IMG/VR virus record: IMGVR_UViG_3300044641_004197
Location: 1-64,000 of that record
Direction: 5' to 3' (one strand)
Origin: a virus
DNA: 64,000 nucleotides
Position numbers and translations under genes: made by a program. This document shows, in pieces, positions 30,203 to 40,218 of this stretch; within the stretch, counting starts at the first letter, position 1; the number at the start of each line of letters is the position of its first letter. The notes under the pieces are model-generated. The model was not told the origin of the DNA. It saw only the letters and a list, made by a program, of their open reading frames with translations, and made no database searches.

Positions 30203-31528
30203 ATGCAAGTTACAAAAGATGAAATTTTAAAATTGGTTTCTCAATACATAAACGAAAAACATTCTAATAAAACATGGACACCAGGAGTTGATTGGGTTCA
30301 ATATGCAGGACCATTATTTGATGAAAACGAATATATCGCAGCAATAGAATCACTTTTAAAAGGATGGTTAGTTTTAGGACAAGATGCTATTACATTTGAA
30401 AATAACTTTCCTCTATTATTTGGAAAAGAGTACGGTATTCTTACTAACAGTGGAAGTAGTTCAAATCTTATTATGATGTTAGTAATGACATCTAAAAGAC
30501 TGTATAATCTCCCAAAAGGAACAAAAGTAATTACTCCAATCGCTGGATTTCCTACTACTCTGAATCCTATTTTGCAAGTAGGATTTGAACCTGTATTTGT
30601 AGACGTTGATCTAGACACTCTCAACTTAAATCTAGATCAAGTCGAAGAAGCAGCTAAAAAAGGAGCTAAAATAATTACTTTTGCGCACGTTCTTGGCAAT
30701 CCGCCTAATATGAATAGATTGATGGATATAGTTAAAAAATATAATCTAATCCTATTAGAAGACTGTTGTGATGCTCTTGGTTCTACTTATGACGGTAGAC
30801 CATTGGGAAGTTTTGGAGAACTATCAAGTTGTAGCTTTTATCCAGCTCATCATATGACTATGGGCGAAGGTGGATTTGTTGCTTGTAATACCAAGATTCA
30901 AGAAATAATTGCACGTAGTTTTCGTGAATGGGGACGTGGATGTTATTGTGTAGGTAAAAAAGCTAATCTATTGAAGAATGGAAGTTGTGGAAATAGATTC
31001 TCAAACTGGTTACCTGAATTACCAGATGAAATCTTTGATCACAAGTATGTTTATGATGAAATTGGATATAATTTAAAACCAATTGAACTACAAGCTTCTA
31101 TTGGACTAGAACAAATGAAGAAACTTCCAGAAATCCATAAAAGAAGGAAAGAGAATCATTTCAAACTAAAACAAATATTCGGTAAGTATGAAGAATTCTT
31201 TCATCTACCGAATGCAACTGAGTTGTCAGATCCAAGTTGGTTTGCATTTGCGTTAACCATTAAAGACAACAGTAAATTTAAACGTAAGGATATTGTAGAC
31301 TTCTTGGAATCAAATAAGATTCAAACTAGACCTTATTTTGCTGGCAATATTATGTTACAGCCAGCATACACAGGACTTATGGATAAAAATCAAGTTTTAA
31401 CAAAATACCCAAATGCAAGAAAAATAACAACTGATACTTTCTTTTTAGGAACAAGTCCTGTTATAACATTAGATCAGTTAAATTATGTAGAAAACACCAT
31501 AAATAATTTTTTTAAAAAATATGTATAA
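30203..31528 (+). CDS. rfbH: NDP-4-keto-6-deoxyglucose 3-dehydrase (RfbH/DdhC, E1)
   Basis: NSGSSSNL, EDCCDALG, SFYPAHHMTMGEGG (His in place of PLP Lys), WGRGCYC...C, DHKYVY.EIGYNLK. Confidence 0.93.
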   Translation: MQVTKDEILKLVSQYINEKHSNKTWTPGVDWVQYAGPLFDENEYIAAIESLLKGWLVLGQDAITFENNFPLLFGKEYGILTNSGSSSNLIMMLVMTSKRLYNLPKGTKVITPIAGFPTTLNPILQVGFEPVFVDVDLDTLNLNLDQVEEAAKKGAKIITFAHVLGNPPNMNRLMDIVKKYNLILLEDCCDALGSTYDGRPLGSFGELSSCSFYPAHHMTMGEGGFVACNTKIQEIIARSFREWGRGCYCVGKKANLLKNGSCGNRFSNWLPELPDEIFDHKYVYDEIGYNLKPIELQASIGLEQMKKLPEIHKRRKENHFKLKQIFGKYEEFFHLPNATELSDPSWFAFALTIKDNSKFKRKDIVDFLESNKIQTRPYFAGNIMLQPAYTGLMDKNQVLTKYPNARKITTDTFFLGTSPVITLDQLNYVENTINNFFKKYV

Positions 31529-32159
31529 ATTAATAAATTCAGTAAACATATACAATTATCCATCACATATGAAAAGACCAGATGGATTTTTCGGCTCTAA
31601 TTTTTTTGAAAAATGGATACCTAATTGGCAATCTCATTTAGGACATCTAAAAGGATTACCAAACATTTATGGAATTGAAATTGGATGTCTAAATGGCGAC
31701 TGTTCTATATTCTGTGCAGAGGAAATAACAAACGGTGAAGGAAGTATACATCATTGTATAGACATAAATAAAAACGAATATTTTACAAATAATATAAGTC
31801 CATATAAAAATATTAAATTTACACAAGGAAAATCCTGTGATGTTTTGAGATCCAATATATTTAAACCAAAATCAGCAGATTATATATATATTGATGGATC
31901 TCATCTTGCAATTGACGTATTAACCGATGCAGTTCTATCGTGGTATCTTCTTAAAGACAATGGGATATTAATATTTGATGATTATGGTTGGGGAGTTCAT
32001 ACAAATGATGAAAAACAAAAACCAAAATTGGGAATTGATGCGTTTTTAAATGCTTATACACAACATTATGAAGTGATTCAATTTGGATGGCAAGTATTTT
32101 TAAAAAAATTACCTTATACATATTCAGACGAAGAATTAGAAGCAAATTATCAAAAATAA
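31521..32159 (+). CDS. Class I SAM methyltransferase (Methyltransf_24-like)
   Basis: IEIG, YIYIDGSH, GILIFDDYGW. Confidence 0.85.
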   Translation: MYKLINSVNIYNYPSHMKRPDGFFGSNFFEKWIPNWQSHLGHLKGLPNIYGIEIGCLNGDCSIFCAEEITNGEGSIHHCIDINKNEYFTNNISPYKNIKFTQGKSCDVLRSNIFKPKSADYIYIDGSHLAIDVLTDAVLSWYLLKDNGILIFDDYGWGVHTNDEKQKPKLGIDAFLNAYTQHYEVIQFGWQVFLKKLPYTYSDEELEANYQK

Positions 32160-32160
32160 T

Positions 32161-33138
32161 ATGAAAAAAATTGTATACGTAACAGGATGTTTAGGTTTTA
32201 TTGGATCATACGTCACCAGAGCTTGTTTAGAACAAGGATGGTATGTTATTGGCGTAGATAAAGGAACCTATGCGGCTAGATATGAAAATCTAAAAGAATT
32301 TGAAAAATATGGACCAAACTGTTTTAAATTTATTAATTCAGACATCAACGATTTAACATCATTGTTTGACTGCGATTATATAATTAATACAGCAGCAGAA
32401 ACTCATGTTGATAATTCAATTGTATCAAGTGACGAATTTATTCATTCCAATATCAATGGCGTAAAACATCTACTAGATCTCATAAGACTTAAGAGTAAGT
32501 TTACGATGCCTACATTACTTCATTTTAGCACTGACGAAGTATATGGAGATATTAAAGAAGGATCTCATACCGAAACCGATTTGTTAAAACCAAGTAATCC
32601 ATACTCCGCAACAAAAGCTGCTGCTGATATGTTAATAACGGCATGGGGAAGAACCTTTAAAGTTCCATATATAATTGTAAGACCGACAAATAACTATGGA
32701 ATAGGACAGTATCCAGAAAAGCTAGTTCCCAAAGTTTGTAAATTCATAAATCTTGGAAAAAAAGTTCCTCTTCATAATAACGGAACACCAAAACGAGTAT
32801 GGTTACATGCAAAAGATACCGCAAATGCAGTCATTACTATCATTAAAAATAACGAAAACAATGAATGTTTAAATGAAATATATAATATTGGAGGTGACAT
32901 TGAACTTCCAAATATTGAAATCGTTGAAAAGGTTCATAAGTTATTGATATCACCATCTGTTCAATCATCCGATTGGAAAGATGAAATTTGTGATTTTAAT
33001 TATACAAGAGCAGGTCAAGATGTCAGATATAGTTTGGATGACAACAAATTAAGAAAATTAGGATGGAAAAATGAATGTAATCTTGACACCGAACTACAAA
33101 GTATAGTAGAATTCTACAAAAATAATTTCATTTGGTAA
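32161..33138 (+). CDS. rmlB: dTDP/NDP-glucose 4,6-dehydratase (RmlB-like)
   Basis: TGCLGFIGS, AAETHVDNS, STDEVYG, YSATK, NNYG..QYPEKL. Confidence 0.88.
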   Translation: MKKIVYVTGCLGFIGSYVTRACLEQGWYVIGVDKGTYAARYENLKEFEKYGPNCFKFINSDINDLTSLFDCDYIINTAAETHVDNSIVSSDEFIHSNINGVKHLLDLIRLKSKFTMPTLLHFSTDEVYGDIKEGSHTETDLLKPSNPYSATKAAADMLITAWGRTFKVPYIIVRPTNNYGIGQYPEKLVPKVCKFINLGKKVPLHNNGTPKRVWLHAKDTANAVITIIKNNENNECLNEIYNIGGDIELPNIEIVEKVHKLLISPSVQSSDWKDEICDFNYTRAGQDVRYSLDDNKLRKLGWKNECNLDTELQSIVEFYKNNFIW

Positions 33139-33145
33139 TCGATTT

Positions 33146-34972
33146 ATGAAAATTAAAATAAGCGACTTGATCGCTGAATATTTAAAGGAAGCTGGAATTA
33201 AAACTGTGTTTGGGATTATTGGTTCAGCCAATTCTTACATTTTCGATTCTATAAATAAACTAGGATATACAGAAATTGTCTGTGTTCATCATGAACAATC
33301 TGCTGTTATGGCAATGGGTGCTTATTTTAGAACGAGTGGTAAATTATCAGCTGCAATTGTAACCGCTGGTGCAGGATCTTCAAATGCAATTACAGGAGTA
33401 TTGAGTAATTGGGCAGATTCTATTCCCGGTATTATTATATCCGGACAAGAACAATCCAAGTTCATAGAAAAATATGAAGGGTTGAGAATGTATGGAATTC
33501 AAGGATTTAATTCGGCAAAAATGACGAAAGATATCACGAAATATTCTACGATATTAAAATCAGATGATGACATACAATCAATTCTTGAATATTCACACTT
33601 TGTAACTATAAACCAAAGGCCAGGGCCAGTATGGTTAGATGTTCCATTCGATGTTCAATCAAAATTCACATCTGTAAGAAAATGGAATTTAAAGTCCGCA
33701 CAATTAATTGATTCTGTAGACGCACTCCCAGTTACTATAGATTGGGATATCAATTATGTAGTTGATAAATTAAAGACTGCAAAACGACCTTTAATTTGGG
33801 CAGGTCATGGCATTAGATTGTCGGAAATGAAAGATAAGTTTAGAGATTTAACAAAATCATTGAAAGTTCCTACGATTCTTACATGGAGCGGAATTGATTT
33901 ACTAGAAGACGAACATCCATATTATTTCGGAAGAGCTGGTATAAGTGGAATGCGATATTCGAACTTTATAGTTCAAAATTGTGATCTTCTTCTTGTAATT
34001 GGAAGTAGATTATCACTATTACAAACAGGTTACGATATAAATCGATTTGCACCAAATGCAAAAATTATAGTTGTTGAGAACGACCCCACTGAATTAAAAA
34101 AGTTTGATAATAAATACGATAAAGTTCTTCAGATGGATTGTCGTATTTTTATAAATGAATTGCAAAAACTAACATTCTCTAATGAGTATACCGAGTGGTT
34201 AGAATATTGCAATAAAATGAAACAAAAGTTTCCTTTGTTGGAAGAATGTCATAAGGATGGTGGGGAAAATTATTTAAATTCATATCATTTTATAAATGAT
34301 CTATGTGATTATATCGATGACGATGCAATTATAGTTACCGACATGGGAACTGGATTGCTGAGCGGACATTATTCTATGAGATTAAAACCTAATCAAATAA
34401 TGTTTACATCACTTGGATTAGGAGAGATGGGATATGGACTTCCAGGTGCAATAGGTGCAGCAAAAGCATATCCAGGCAGACAAATTATTTGTTTGAATTG
34501 TGACGGTGGCATGATGATGAATCTGCAAGAATTACAAACAATTATTCATCATAAAATGAATATAAAAATTGTAGTATTTAATAACGATGGATATCTAATG
34601 ATTAAACATACACAAAATATGTTATTCAAAGGACACAAAACATCTGTAGATTCTAATACCGGCCTTAGTTTGCCTGATTATATAAAAGTCGGAAATTCAT
34701 TCGGATTTGGATCATGGTCACTTAATAATTGGTCTAACTTCGAAAATACAATAAAAGAATGGTTGAGTTCAAATAATCCTACGTTGTTAGAGGTATATAT
34801 GGACCCAAATCAGGAATTTTTACCTAAAGTAAAGGGAATTGCAAATGAAGACGGAACTATTACCCCAGCATCTTTAGAAGAAATGTCTCCTATACTACCA
34901 TATAAAGATATCGAAGATGCGATGATTGCAGGTGTAAGTGAAAATTCTAAAAAAATTCGTAGACCAAATTAA
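33146..34972 (+). CDS. ThDP-dependent acetolactate-synthase-like enzyme, probable YerE-type sugar carboligase
   Basis: HHEQSAVMA, RPGPVWLDVP.DVQ, MGYGLPGAIGA, CDGGMMMNLQELQT...NNDGY, LEEMSP; in NDP-sugar operon. Confidence 0.85.
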   Translation: MKIKISDLIAEYLKEAGIKTVFGIIGSANSYIFDSINKLGYTEIVCVHHEQSAVMAMGAYFRTSGKLSAAIVTAGAGSSNAITGVLSNWADSIPGIIISGQEQSKFIEKYEGLRMYGIQGFNSAKMTKDITKYSTILKSDDDIQSILEYSHFVTINQRPGPVWLDVPFDVQSKFTSVRKWNLKSAQLIDSVDALPVTIDWDINYVVDKLKTAKRPLIWAGHGIRLSEMKDKFRDLTKSLKVPTILTWSGIDLLEDEHPYYFGRAGISGMRYSNFIVQNCDLLLVIGSRLSLLQTGYDINRFAPNAKIIVVENDPTELKKFDNKYDKVLQMDCRIFINELQKLTFSNEYTEWLEYCNKMKQKFPLLEECHKDGGENYLNSYHFINDLCDYIDDDAIIVTDMGTGLLSGHYSMRLKPNQIMFTSLGLGEMGYGLPGAIGAAKAYPGRQIICLNCDGGMMMNLQELQTIIHHKMNIKIVVFNNDGYLMIKHTQNMLFKGHKTSVDSNTGLSLPDYIKVGNSFGFGSWSLNNWSNFENTIKEWLSSNNPTLLEVYMDPNQEFLPKVKGIANEDGTITPASLEEMSPILPYKDIEDAMIAGVSENSKKIRRPN

Positions 34973-35830
34973 ATGAATAAAATTAGAGTCGGAATAATAG
35001 GAACAGGAAACATCGGAACAGACCTTTTGATGAAGTCTTTAAAATCAAAAGATTTAGAAATAGTTGCGTTTGTTGGTAGACGTGCAGATTCTGAAGGAAT
35101 TTTGAAAGCACAATCTCTCAATGTAAATACATCTACAGAAGGGTTGGATTATTTTATTAAAAATAATAACGTCGATGTAGTATTTGACTGCACAGATGCA
35201 TTCACTGCTCTTAAAAATTGGAATTTCTTTAAAAATTCTAATATTAAAGTAATTGATATGACTCCATCAAAAATAGGAGAAATGTGTATTCCGATCATTA
35301 ACGGCGATACAATAAAACAAAATTCAAACGTTAATATGGTAACGTGCGGTGGTCAATCTTCTATTCCTTTATTAAATTTAATATCAAATTGTTGTTCTGA
35401 TATAGAATATATAGAAATCGTATCTCAGATTGCGTCAAAGAGTGCTGGTATAGCAACAAGACTAAACATAGATCAATATATTCACACCACAGAAGATGCT
35501 ATATATAAATTTACAAACTGTAAGAAATGTAAAGTAATTCTCAACTTAAATCCAGCAGAACCCTGCGTTGATATGCAAACAACAATGTTTGTAAAATCAA
35601 ACGATATAAACTTTGACAAACTTCAATCAGAGTTAAATAATAGATTAAAAATGGTTCGTGAATATGTTCCACATTATGAATTAGTGATGATGCCAGTAAT
35701 TAATGAAGATGGTATTTTAATACTAAGCATAAAAGTTAGAGGAACCGGTGATTATCTTCCTAGTTATGCGGGAAATCTAGATATCATAAATTGTGCAGCA
35801 GTAAATGTAGCGGAAAGATTAAAGAAATGA
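34973..35830 (+). CDS. mhpF: Acetaldehyde dehydrogenase, acylating (DmpF/MhpF)
   Basis: GTGNIGTDL, NVNMVTCGGQ, YIEIV..IASKSAG..TR.NID, GDYLPSYAGNLDI. Confidence 0.93.
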   Translation: MNKIRVGIIGTGNIGTDLLMKSLKSKDLEIVAFVGRRADSEGILKAQSLNVNTSTEGLDYFIKNNNVDVVFDCTDAFTALKNWNFFKNSNIKVIDMTPSKIGEMCIPIINGDTIKQNSNVNMVTCGGQSSIPLLNLISNCCSDIEYIEIVSQIASKSAGIATRLNIDQYIHTTEDAIYKFTNCKKCKVILNLNPAEPCVDMQTTMFVKSNDINFDKLQSELNNRLKMVREYVPHYELVMMPVINEDGILILSIKVRGTGDYLPSYAGNLDIINCAAVNVAERLKK

Positions 35831-36873
35831 AAAATGTAATAATTAACGATCCTTCTTTAAGAGACGGAAACCATTGTGTAAAACACAAAATAAATTTAAA
35901 AAGTATTGAGAATTATTGTAAATTTGCAGAATCTGCACATATTCCTGTCGTTGAAGTCGGCCATGGAAATGGTTTAGGTGCATCTTCACTCTTAATAGGT
36001 CAATCTCCTCATACGGATGAAGAAATGTTAACAGTAGCAAGAAATAATTTAAAATTGTCAAAACTCAGCGTTCATGTAATTCCAGGAATGGCAACTATAA
36101 AACGTGATATTCAACCCGCAATTGATATTGGCGTAGATGTATTTCGTATTGCAAGTCATGTAACAGAAGCAAACGTTACACAGAAACATATAGAATATGT
36201 AAGGAACAAAGGAAAAAATGCATATGGAGTTTTAATGATGTCAGCATTAGCGGATACAAAAACTCTAGTAAACGAAGCAAAAAAGATGGAAGAGTATGGT
36301 GCAGATACATTCCTCATTATGGATTCAACCGGAACATATCTACCAAAAGACGTTGAAGAAAGAATTAAAGCATTAAAAGATAATTTATCAATCAAGATCG
36401 GTTTCCACGGACATAATAATCTAGGATTAGCTATAGCAAATTCTTTGGTTGCAGTCCAAAATGGTGCCGACATAATAGACGCATGTATTCGTGGATTTGG
36501 TGCTGGTGCAGGAAACGCTCAATTAGAAGCATTGATTCCAGTTCTTGAACAATATGGATACAATACGAATATAGATTTTCAAAAAGTTATTTTAGAATCA
36601 GATAACGTAATGCAGTATATGGTAGAAAACGTGCCAACAACTGCACCCATAAACATATTAACAGGCTTGAACAAATTGTTCTCTGGTTTTGAAAAACCAA
36701 TAATTAAAGCATCAAAGTTGTATGGATTGCAATATTCATCATTAATATTTGAATTAGGAAATCGAAAACTTGTGGCGGGACAAGAAGATCTAATCTTAGA
36801 AATAGCTCAAAATATTAAAAAGAAACCATCCAATACGTCTGATGAGGGGTGGGAACGTATTTCATGTCCATAG
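35827..36873 (+). CDS. mhpE: 4-hydroxy-2-oxovalerate aldolase (DmpG/MhpE)
   Basis: Start at 35827 (ATGA overlap); SLRDGNH, EVGHGNGLG, GFHGHNNLG, GAGAGN, LVAGQEDLI. Confidence 0.93.
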   Translation: MKNVIINDPSLRDGNHCVKHKINLKSIENYCKFAESAHIPVVEVGHGNGLGASSLLIGQSPHTDEEMLTVARNNLKLSKLSVHVIPGMATIKRDIQPAIDIGVDVFRIASHVTEANVTQKHIEYVRNKGKNAYGVLMMSALADTKTLVNEAKKMEEYGADTFLIMDSTGTYLPKDVEERIKALKDNLSIKIGFHGHNNLGLAIANSLVAVQNGADIIDACIRGFGAGAGNAQLEALIPVLEQYGYNTNIDFQKVILESDNVMQYMVENVPTTAPINILTGLNKLFSGFEKPIIKASKLYGLQYSSLIFELGNRKLVAGQEDLILEIAQNIKKKPSNTSDEGWERISCP

Positions 36874-36876
36874 TTT

Positions 36877-37716
36877 ATGAAAATATTAATAACAGGAGGT
36901 AATGGGTATATTTCAAAAAGTATATCTGAAAAACTTCGAAATATAGGCCACATTGTAATTTCTCCGTCAAGACAAGAAATGAACGTTACAAATTTTAGTG
37001 ACGTTAATCTTTTTATTGAAAAACACACACCAGATGTAGTAATTCACGCAGCATCAAAAGGAGGATATCGTGATGTTCCAGATACACACGAAGTCTTTTT
37101 AGAAAATACAATGATGTTTGAGACTTTAATTAAAGCAATACCATCAAATATCCCTATTATCTTTTATACATCAGGAGCAGACTTTGATAGACGAAACGAA
37201 ATAAAAGAAATTATAGAATCTGACGTTGTAAATCGATGGCCAGTAGACCCTTACGGATTGTCAAAAAACTTGATAGTAAGAAGAATTTTGCAGGGCAATC
37301 ATAAAAATATAAGTATTTTAAGAATATTTGCAGCGTTCAACGAAGATGAAAAAAACACACGATTTATTAAAAAATCCATCTTAAATATAAAAGAGGGATT
37401 GCCTATTACTATACATCAAAATCGAGAAATTGATTTTTTCTATATTGACGATTTGGTCACTGTTACAGATTATTTATTAAATAAATTGCTTAATAATCAA
37501 TTTCATATTAATATATCATATATCAACAAAACAACTTTATTAGATGTTTCTAAAATTATCTGCAAATACACAAGTCATTTAAATCCTAAAATAACAATTT
37601 TAAATGAAGAAGAAGGTGTTTCATATTCTGGATATGGTCAGAAATTGAATAGTTTTTCTTTGCCATTAATAGGATTAGAAGAAGGTATATCTAGAACCGT
37701 TAAGAAATTAATATGA
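36877..37716 (+). CDS. NAD-dependent epimerase/reductase (extended SDR)
   Basis: ITGGNGYI, TSGA, YGLSK, DFFYIDDL. Confidence 0.85.
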   Translation: MKILITGGNGYISKSISEKLRNIGHIVISPSRQEMNVTNFSDVNLFIEKHTPDVVIHAASKGGYRDVPDTHEVFLENTMMFETLIKAIPSNIPIIFYTSGADFDRRNEIKEIIESDVVNRWPVDPYGLSKNLIVRRILQGNHKNISILRIFAAFNEDEKNTRFIKKSILNIKEGLPITIHQNREIDFFYIDDLVTVTDYLLNKLLNNQFHINISYINKTTLLDVSKIICKYTSHLNPKITILNEEEGVSYSGYGQKLNSFSLPLIGLEEGISRTVKKLI

Positions 37717-38987
37717 TTACATTTTGTATAAATACATGTAAAAATGAAAGACACCACCTTGAATTATTGTTCAAGTCACTTGCGACCAATCTTTCAAGAA
37801 AAGATTATAACATTATTGTATTCGTTGACAGTGATAATCAAAATACAACAGACTGGTTAGTTTCACAAAAAAATATATTTAAGAACTTAAAGATCGTAAA
37901 AAATCCAAACGCAATTCCAGTAGGATATCAACGAAATATTAATCTGATGTTTGAAATGGCAGACACTGATATTGTTTCGTATATTCAATCGGACATGGTG
38001 ATCTGTAAAGACTATGATTTAGAAATCATTAAAAATATAGACGATAACACAGTGATATCTAGCACCAGAATAGAACCACCTCTACACCCACCTTCTTCAG
38101 AAAAAATTACCTTTGATTTTGGATTAGATCCTCAAAATTTTAACTTTGACGAATTTCAAAAATTTTCCCAACAACAAAAACAAAACAAATTAACAGATTA
38201 TTGGTTCGCTCCATTTACGCTTTATAGAAAAAAATGGATAGAAATCGGCGGACACGATACTCTGTTCAGACGTTCAAGAGAAGATTCCGATATCTTGTAT
38301 AGAATGTGTTTAAATGGAATGAAGTTTAAACAAGATTGGAATGCAATTGTATATCATTTTACATGCACATCGTCTAGAGGTAAAGAATGGTGGAAACAAG
38401 AAAACCAAGAAAAAACAAAATTACAAAGTATAGCAGATCAAATTGAAATGACTAGATTTTTGAGAAAGTGGGGCAAATTTAAACACAATACTCAAAAAGA
38501 CGGAGATGAGTATAAATATAATATTTCAATTAATTTTAATAATGTAAAAAATAATGAACGGTTTATATTAGAAAATTATTTTCTGTTTAACAAAATCGGT
38601 GTAGATAATCAATCATCATATGAAAGTTTGAAACGAGAGTATAATACGTTCCATGACTATGCAAATAGATTGTTGAACGTTTCAGATGAAACATGGAAAA
38701 ACTTAAAATCTTCATATAGAACATTTGATTTTGAAGACATATTCAGTAACAACATTGTAGATGACGATATTGTTATCTCATTAAATTTAAATAAAGCAAA
38801 TAACAATACAATCAATCATCTAAGACAACTCCAAGACATTGTAAAAAATTCATTAAATGAAACTGACACCGGAGAATTTATTCTGGACGATTCTATATAT
38901 ATAAAAGTAAATAAAGTCGTAAATAGAATATCAGAAAACATTGTTGTAAACAATCCTCCATTCACATTACCATTAGAATATCTATGA
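37713..38987 (+). CDS. GT2 glycosyltransferase
   Basis: IQSDM, TRIEPPLHP, GGHD.LF..SREDSD, VYHFTC.SSRG. Confidence 0.85.
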   Translation: MITFCINTCKNERHHLELLFKSLATNLSRKDYNIIVFVDSDNQNTTDWLVSQKNIFKNLKIVKNPNAIPVGYQRNINLMFEMADTDIVSYIQSDMVICKDYDLEIIKNIDDNTVISSTRIEPPLHPPSSEKITFDFGLDPQNFNFDEFQKFSQQQKQNKLTDYWFAPFTLYRKKWIEIGGHDTLFRRSREDSDILYRMCLNGMKFKQDWNAIVYHFTCTSSRGKEWWKQENQEKTKLQSIADQIEMTRFLRKWGKFKHNTQKDGDEYKYNISINFNNVKNNERFILENYFLFNKIGVDNQSSYESLKREYNTFHDYANRLLNVSDETWKNLKSSYRTFDFEDIFSNNIVDDDIVISLNLNKANNNTINHLRQLQDIVKNSLNETDTGEFILDDSIYIKVNKVVNRISENIVVNNPPFTLPLEYL

Positions 38988-39316
38988 TAACAATAACATG
39001 TTTTATTTTGTTCGTTAATATAATCTGGTTTGAAACCGAAGCATTCGTTGAATATATAAAATTATTCAGACTTGATTGGTTCAAAGTTAACGAATATTTA
39101 AATGCAAAAAAATTAAACTTTGAACTCACATATCATTCATATTTATTAGCAAATCATAACAACTTTTTTACTAAATTAATAACATGTCCAATATGTTTCA
39201 CAACGTGGTTAAGCATTATATTGAGTGTATTATTTACACCATCTATATTAAATTTTTCAATTATATTCGTATTATCAATTGTTGGATTTAATATATATAA
39301 AAAAACATCAGTATGA
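38984..39316 (+). CDS. Small membrane protein with CxxC motif
   Basis: Hydrophobic segments; KLITCPICFTTW. Confidence 0.6.
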   Translation: MITITCFILFVNIIWFETEAFVEYIKLFRLDWFKVNEYLNAKKLNFELTYHSYLLANHNNFFTKLITCPICFTTWLSIILSVLFTPSILNFSIIFVLSIVGFNIYKKTSV

Positions 39317-39600
39317 TAATAACAAATCTAACAGAGTTCTTTTATTTTTTGAATAACAACGGATTTACAAATTTAAATCCTGTATTTGCAAGATTTATAA
39401 GTAGTGTCAATGATTTTAACGGAACCTGCGGATGTAAAGCTGCAGAAAAAAGCAAAAAATTAAACGTTTGCACACAACTATATACAGAATGTGCAAACGT
39501 TTTACCAACTTATAAATCTACATTATTTTCTAGATTTCCTACGGAGTCTTTTATCGAACTGAGGAATAACTCCATAGTCCTTAATACTATTAGAAGATAA
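39313..39600 (+). CDS. Hypothetical protein
   Basis: ATGA-coupled to upstream gene; CGC motif. Confidence 0.55.
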   Translation: MIITNLTEFFYFLNNNGFTNLNPVFARFISSVNDFNGTCGCKAAEKSKKLNVCTQLYTECANVLPTYKSTLFSRFPTESFIELRNNSIVLNTIRR

Positions 39601-40218
39601 TACTCCAATACTAGTCAAAGCTGTATTTACGTTTTCAATTATATAAGGACATTCTACAATTTGTTCCTTGGTGGTGTATTTCTCAGAATAGTCTTCCCAT
39701 TCAAAACTATAATCTGCTCTATTTTTTACCTTTGGGTTATTAATAGATTCATGTTCATTGGGAGGCAAATCATATACCTTCTTCTTTCTCTTAGAAGATG
39801 TATCATACTTAAACCTAGTAATATGAATTAATTTACCCGCCTGTTTATATTGTAACCATGTGCATTCATCTTCTGGATAATGATCATAACGAATATCCGT
39901 GATGAAAACAACATCTGCCTTGGATTTACCAACACGTTGTTCCATCTTTTGAGTCCAATATCTACCACCACTAATCTTTCTCATTACATCACCATATGCA
40001 ACTAACAATGGACGAATAATAGTCTTTTCCTCTGTATTTTCTGTAAAGACATCAATTCCTGTCTTCTTATAAATCAAATCTTTTAAATCAAACTTGAGTT
40101 CATATGCCAACGCAAATCTCTCAGTCTTTAATCCTTTTTCTTCTAATACATTCTGCGCAACTGTGGTAAACAAATCTTTACCACTTCTAGCTAAACCTGA
40201 TACACCAATCAATTTCAT
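39523..40218 (-). CDS. Deoxynucleoside monophosphate kinase (T4 gp1-like)
   Basis: GVSGLARSGKD P-loop, RPLLVAYG..MR, ITDIRY, HES. Confidence 0.8.
   Translation of the reverse strand: MKLIGVSGLARSGKDLFTTVAQNVLEEKGLKTERFALAYELKFDLKDLIYKKTGIDVFTENTEEKTIIRPLLVAYGDVMRKISGGRYWTQKMEQRVGKSKADVVFITDIRYDHYPEDECTWLQYKQAGKLIHITRFKYDTSSKRKKKVYDLPPNEHESINNPKVKNRADYSFEWEDYSEKYTTKEQIVECPYIIENVNTALTSIGVLSSNSIKDYGVIPQFDKRLRRKSRK

Noticed and set aside
33146-34972. Branched-chain amino acid synthesis (ilvB)
   Set aside because: No small subunit, ilvC or ilvD; context points to a sugar carboligase
34973-36873. Aromatic (catechol meta-cleavage) degradation as an auxiliary metabolic function
   Set aside because: No dioxygenase, hydrolase or hydratase genes; the pair is embedded among NDP-sugar enzymes
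1-39600. Bacterial O-antigen or capsule locus on a chromosome
   Set aside because: Interleaved with PolB, clamp and loader genes; no wzx, wzy, wzm, wzt or housekeeping genes seen
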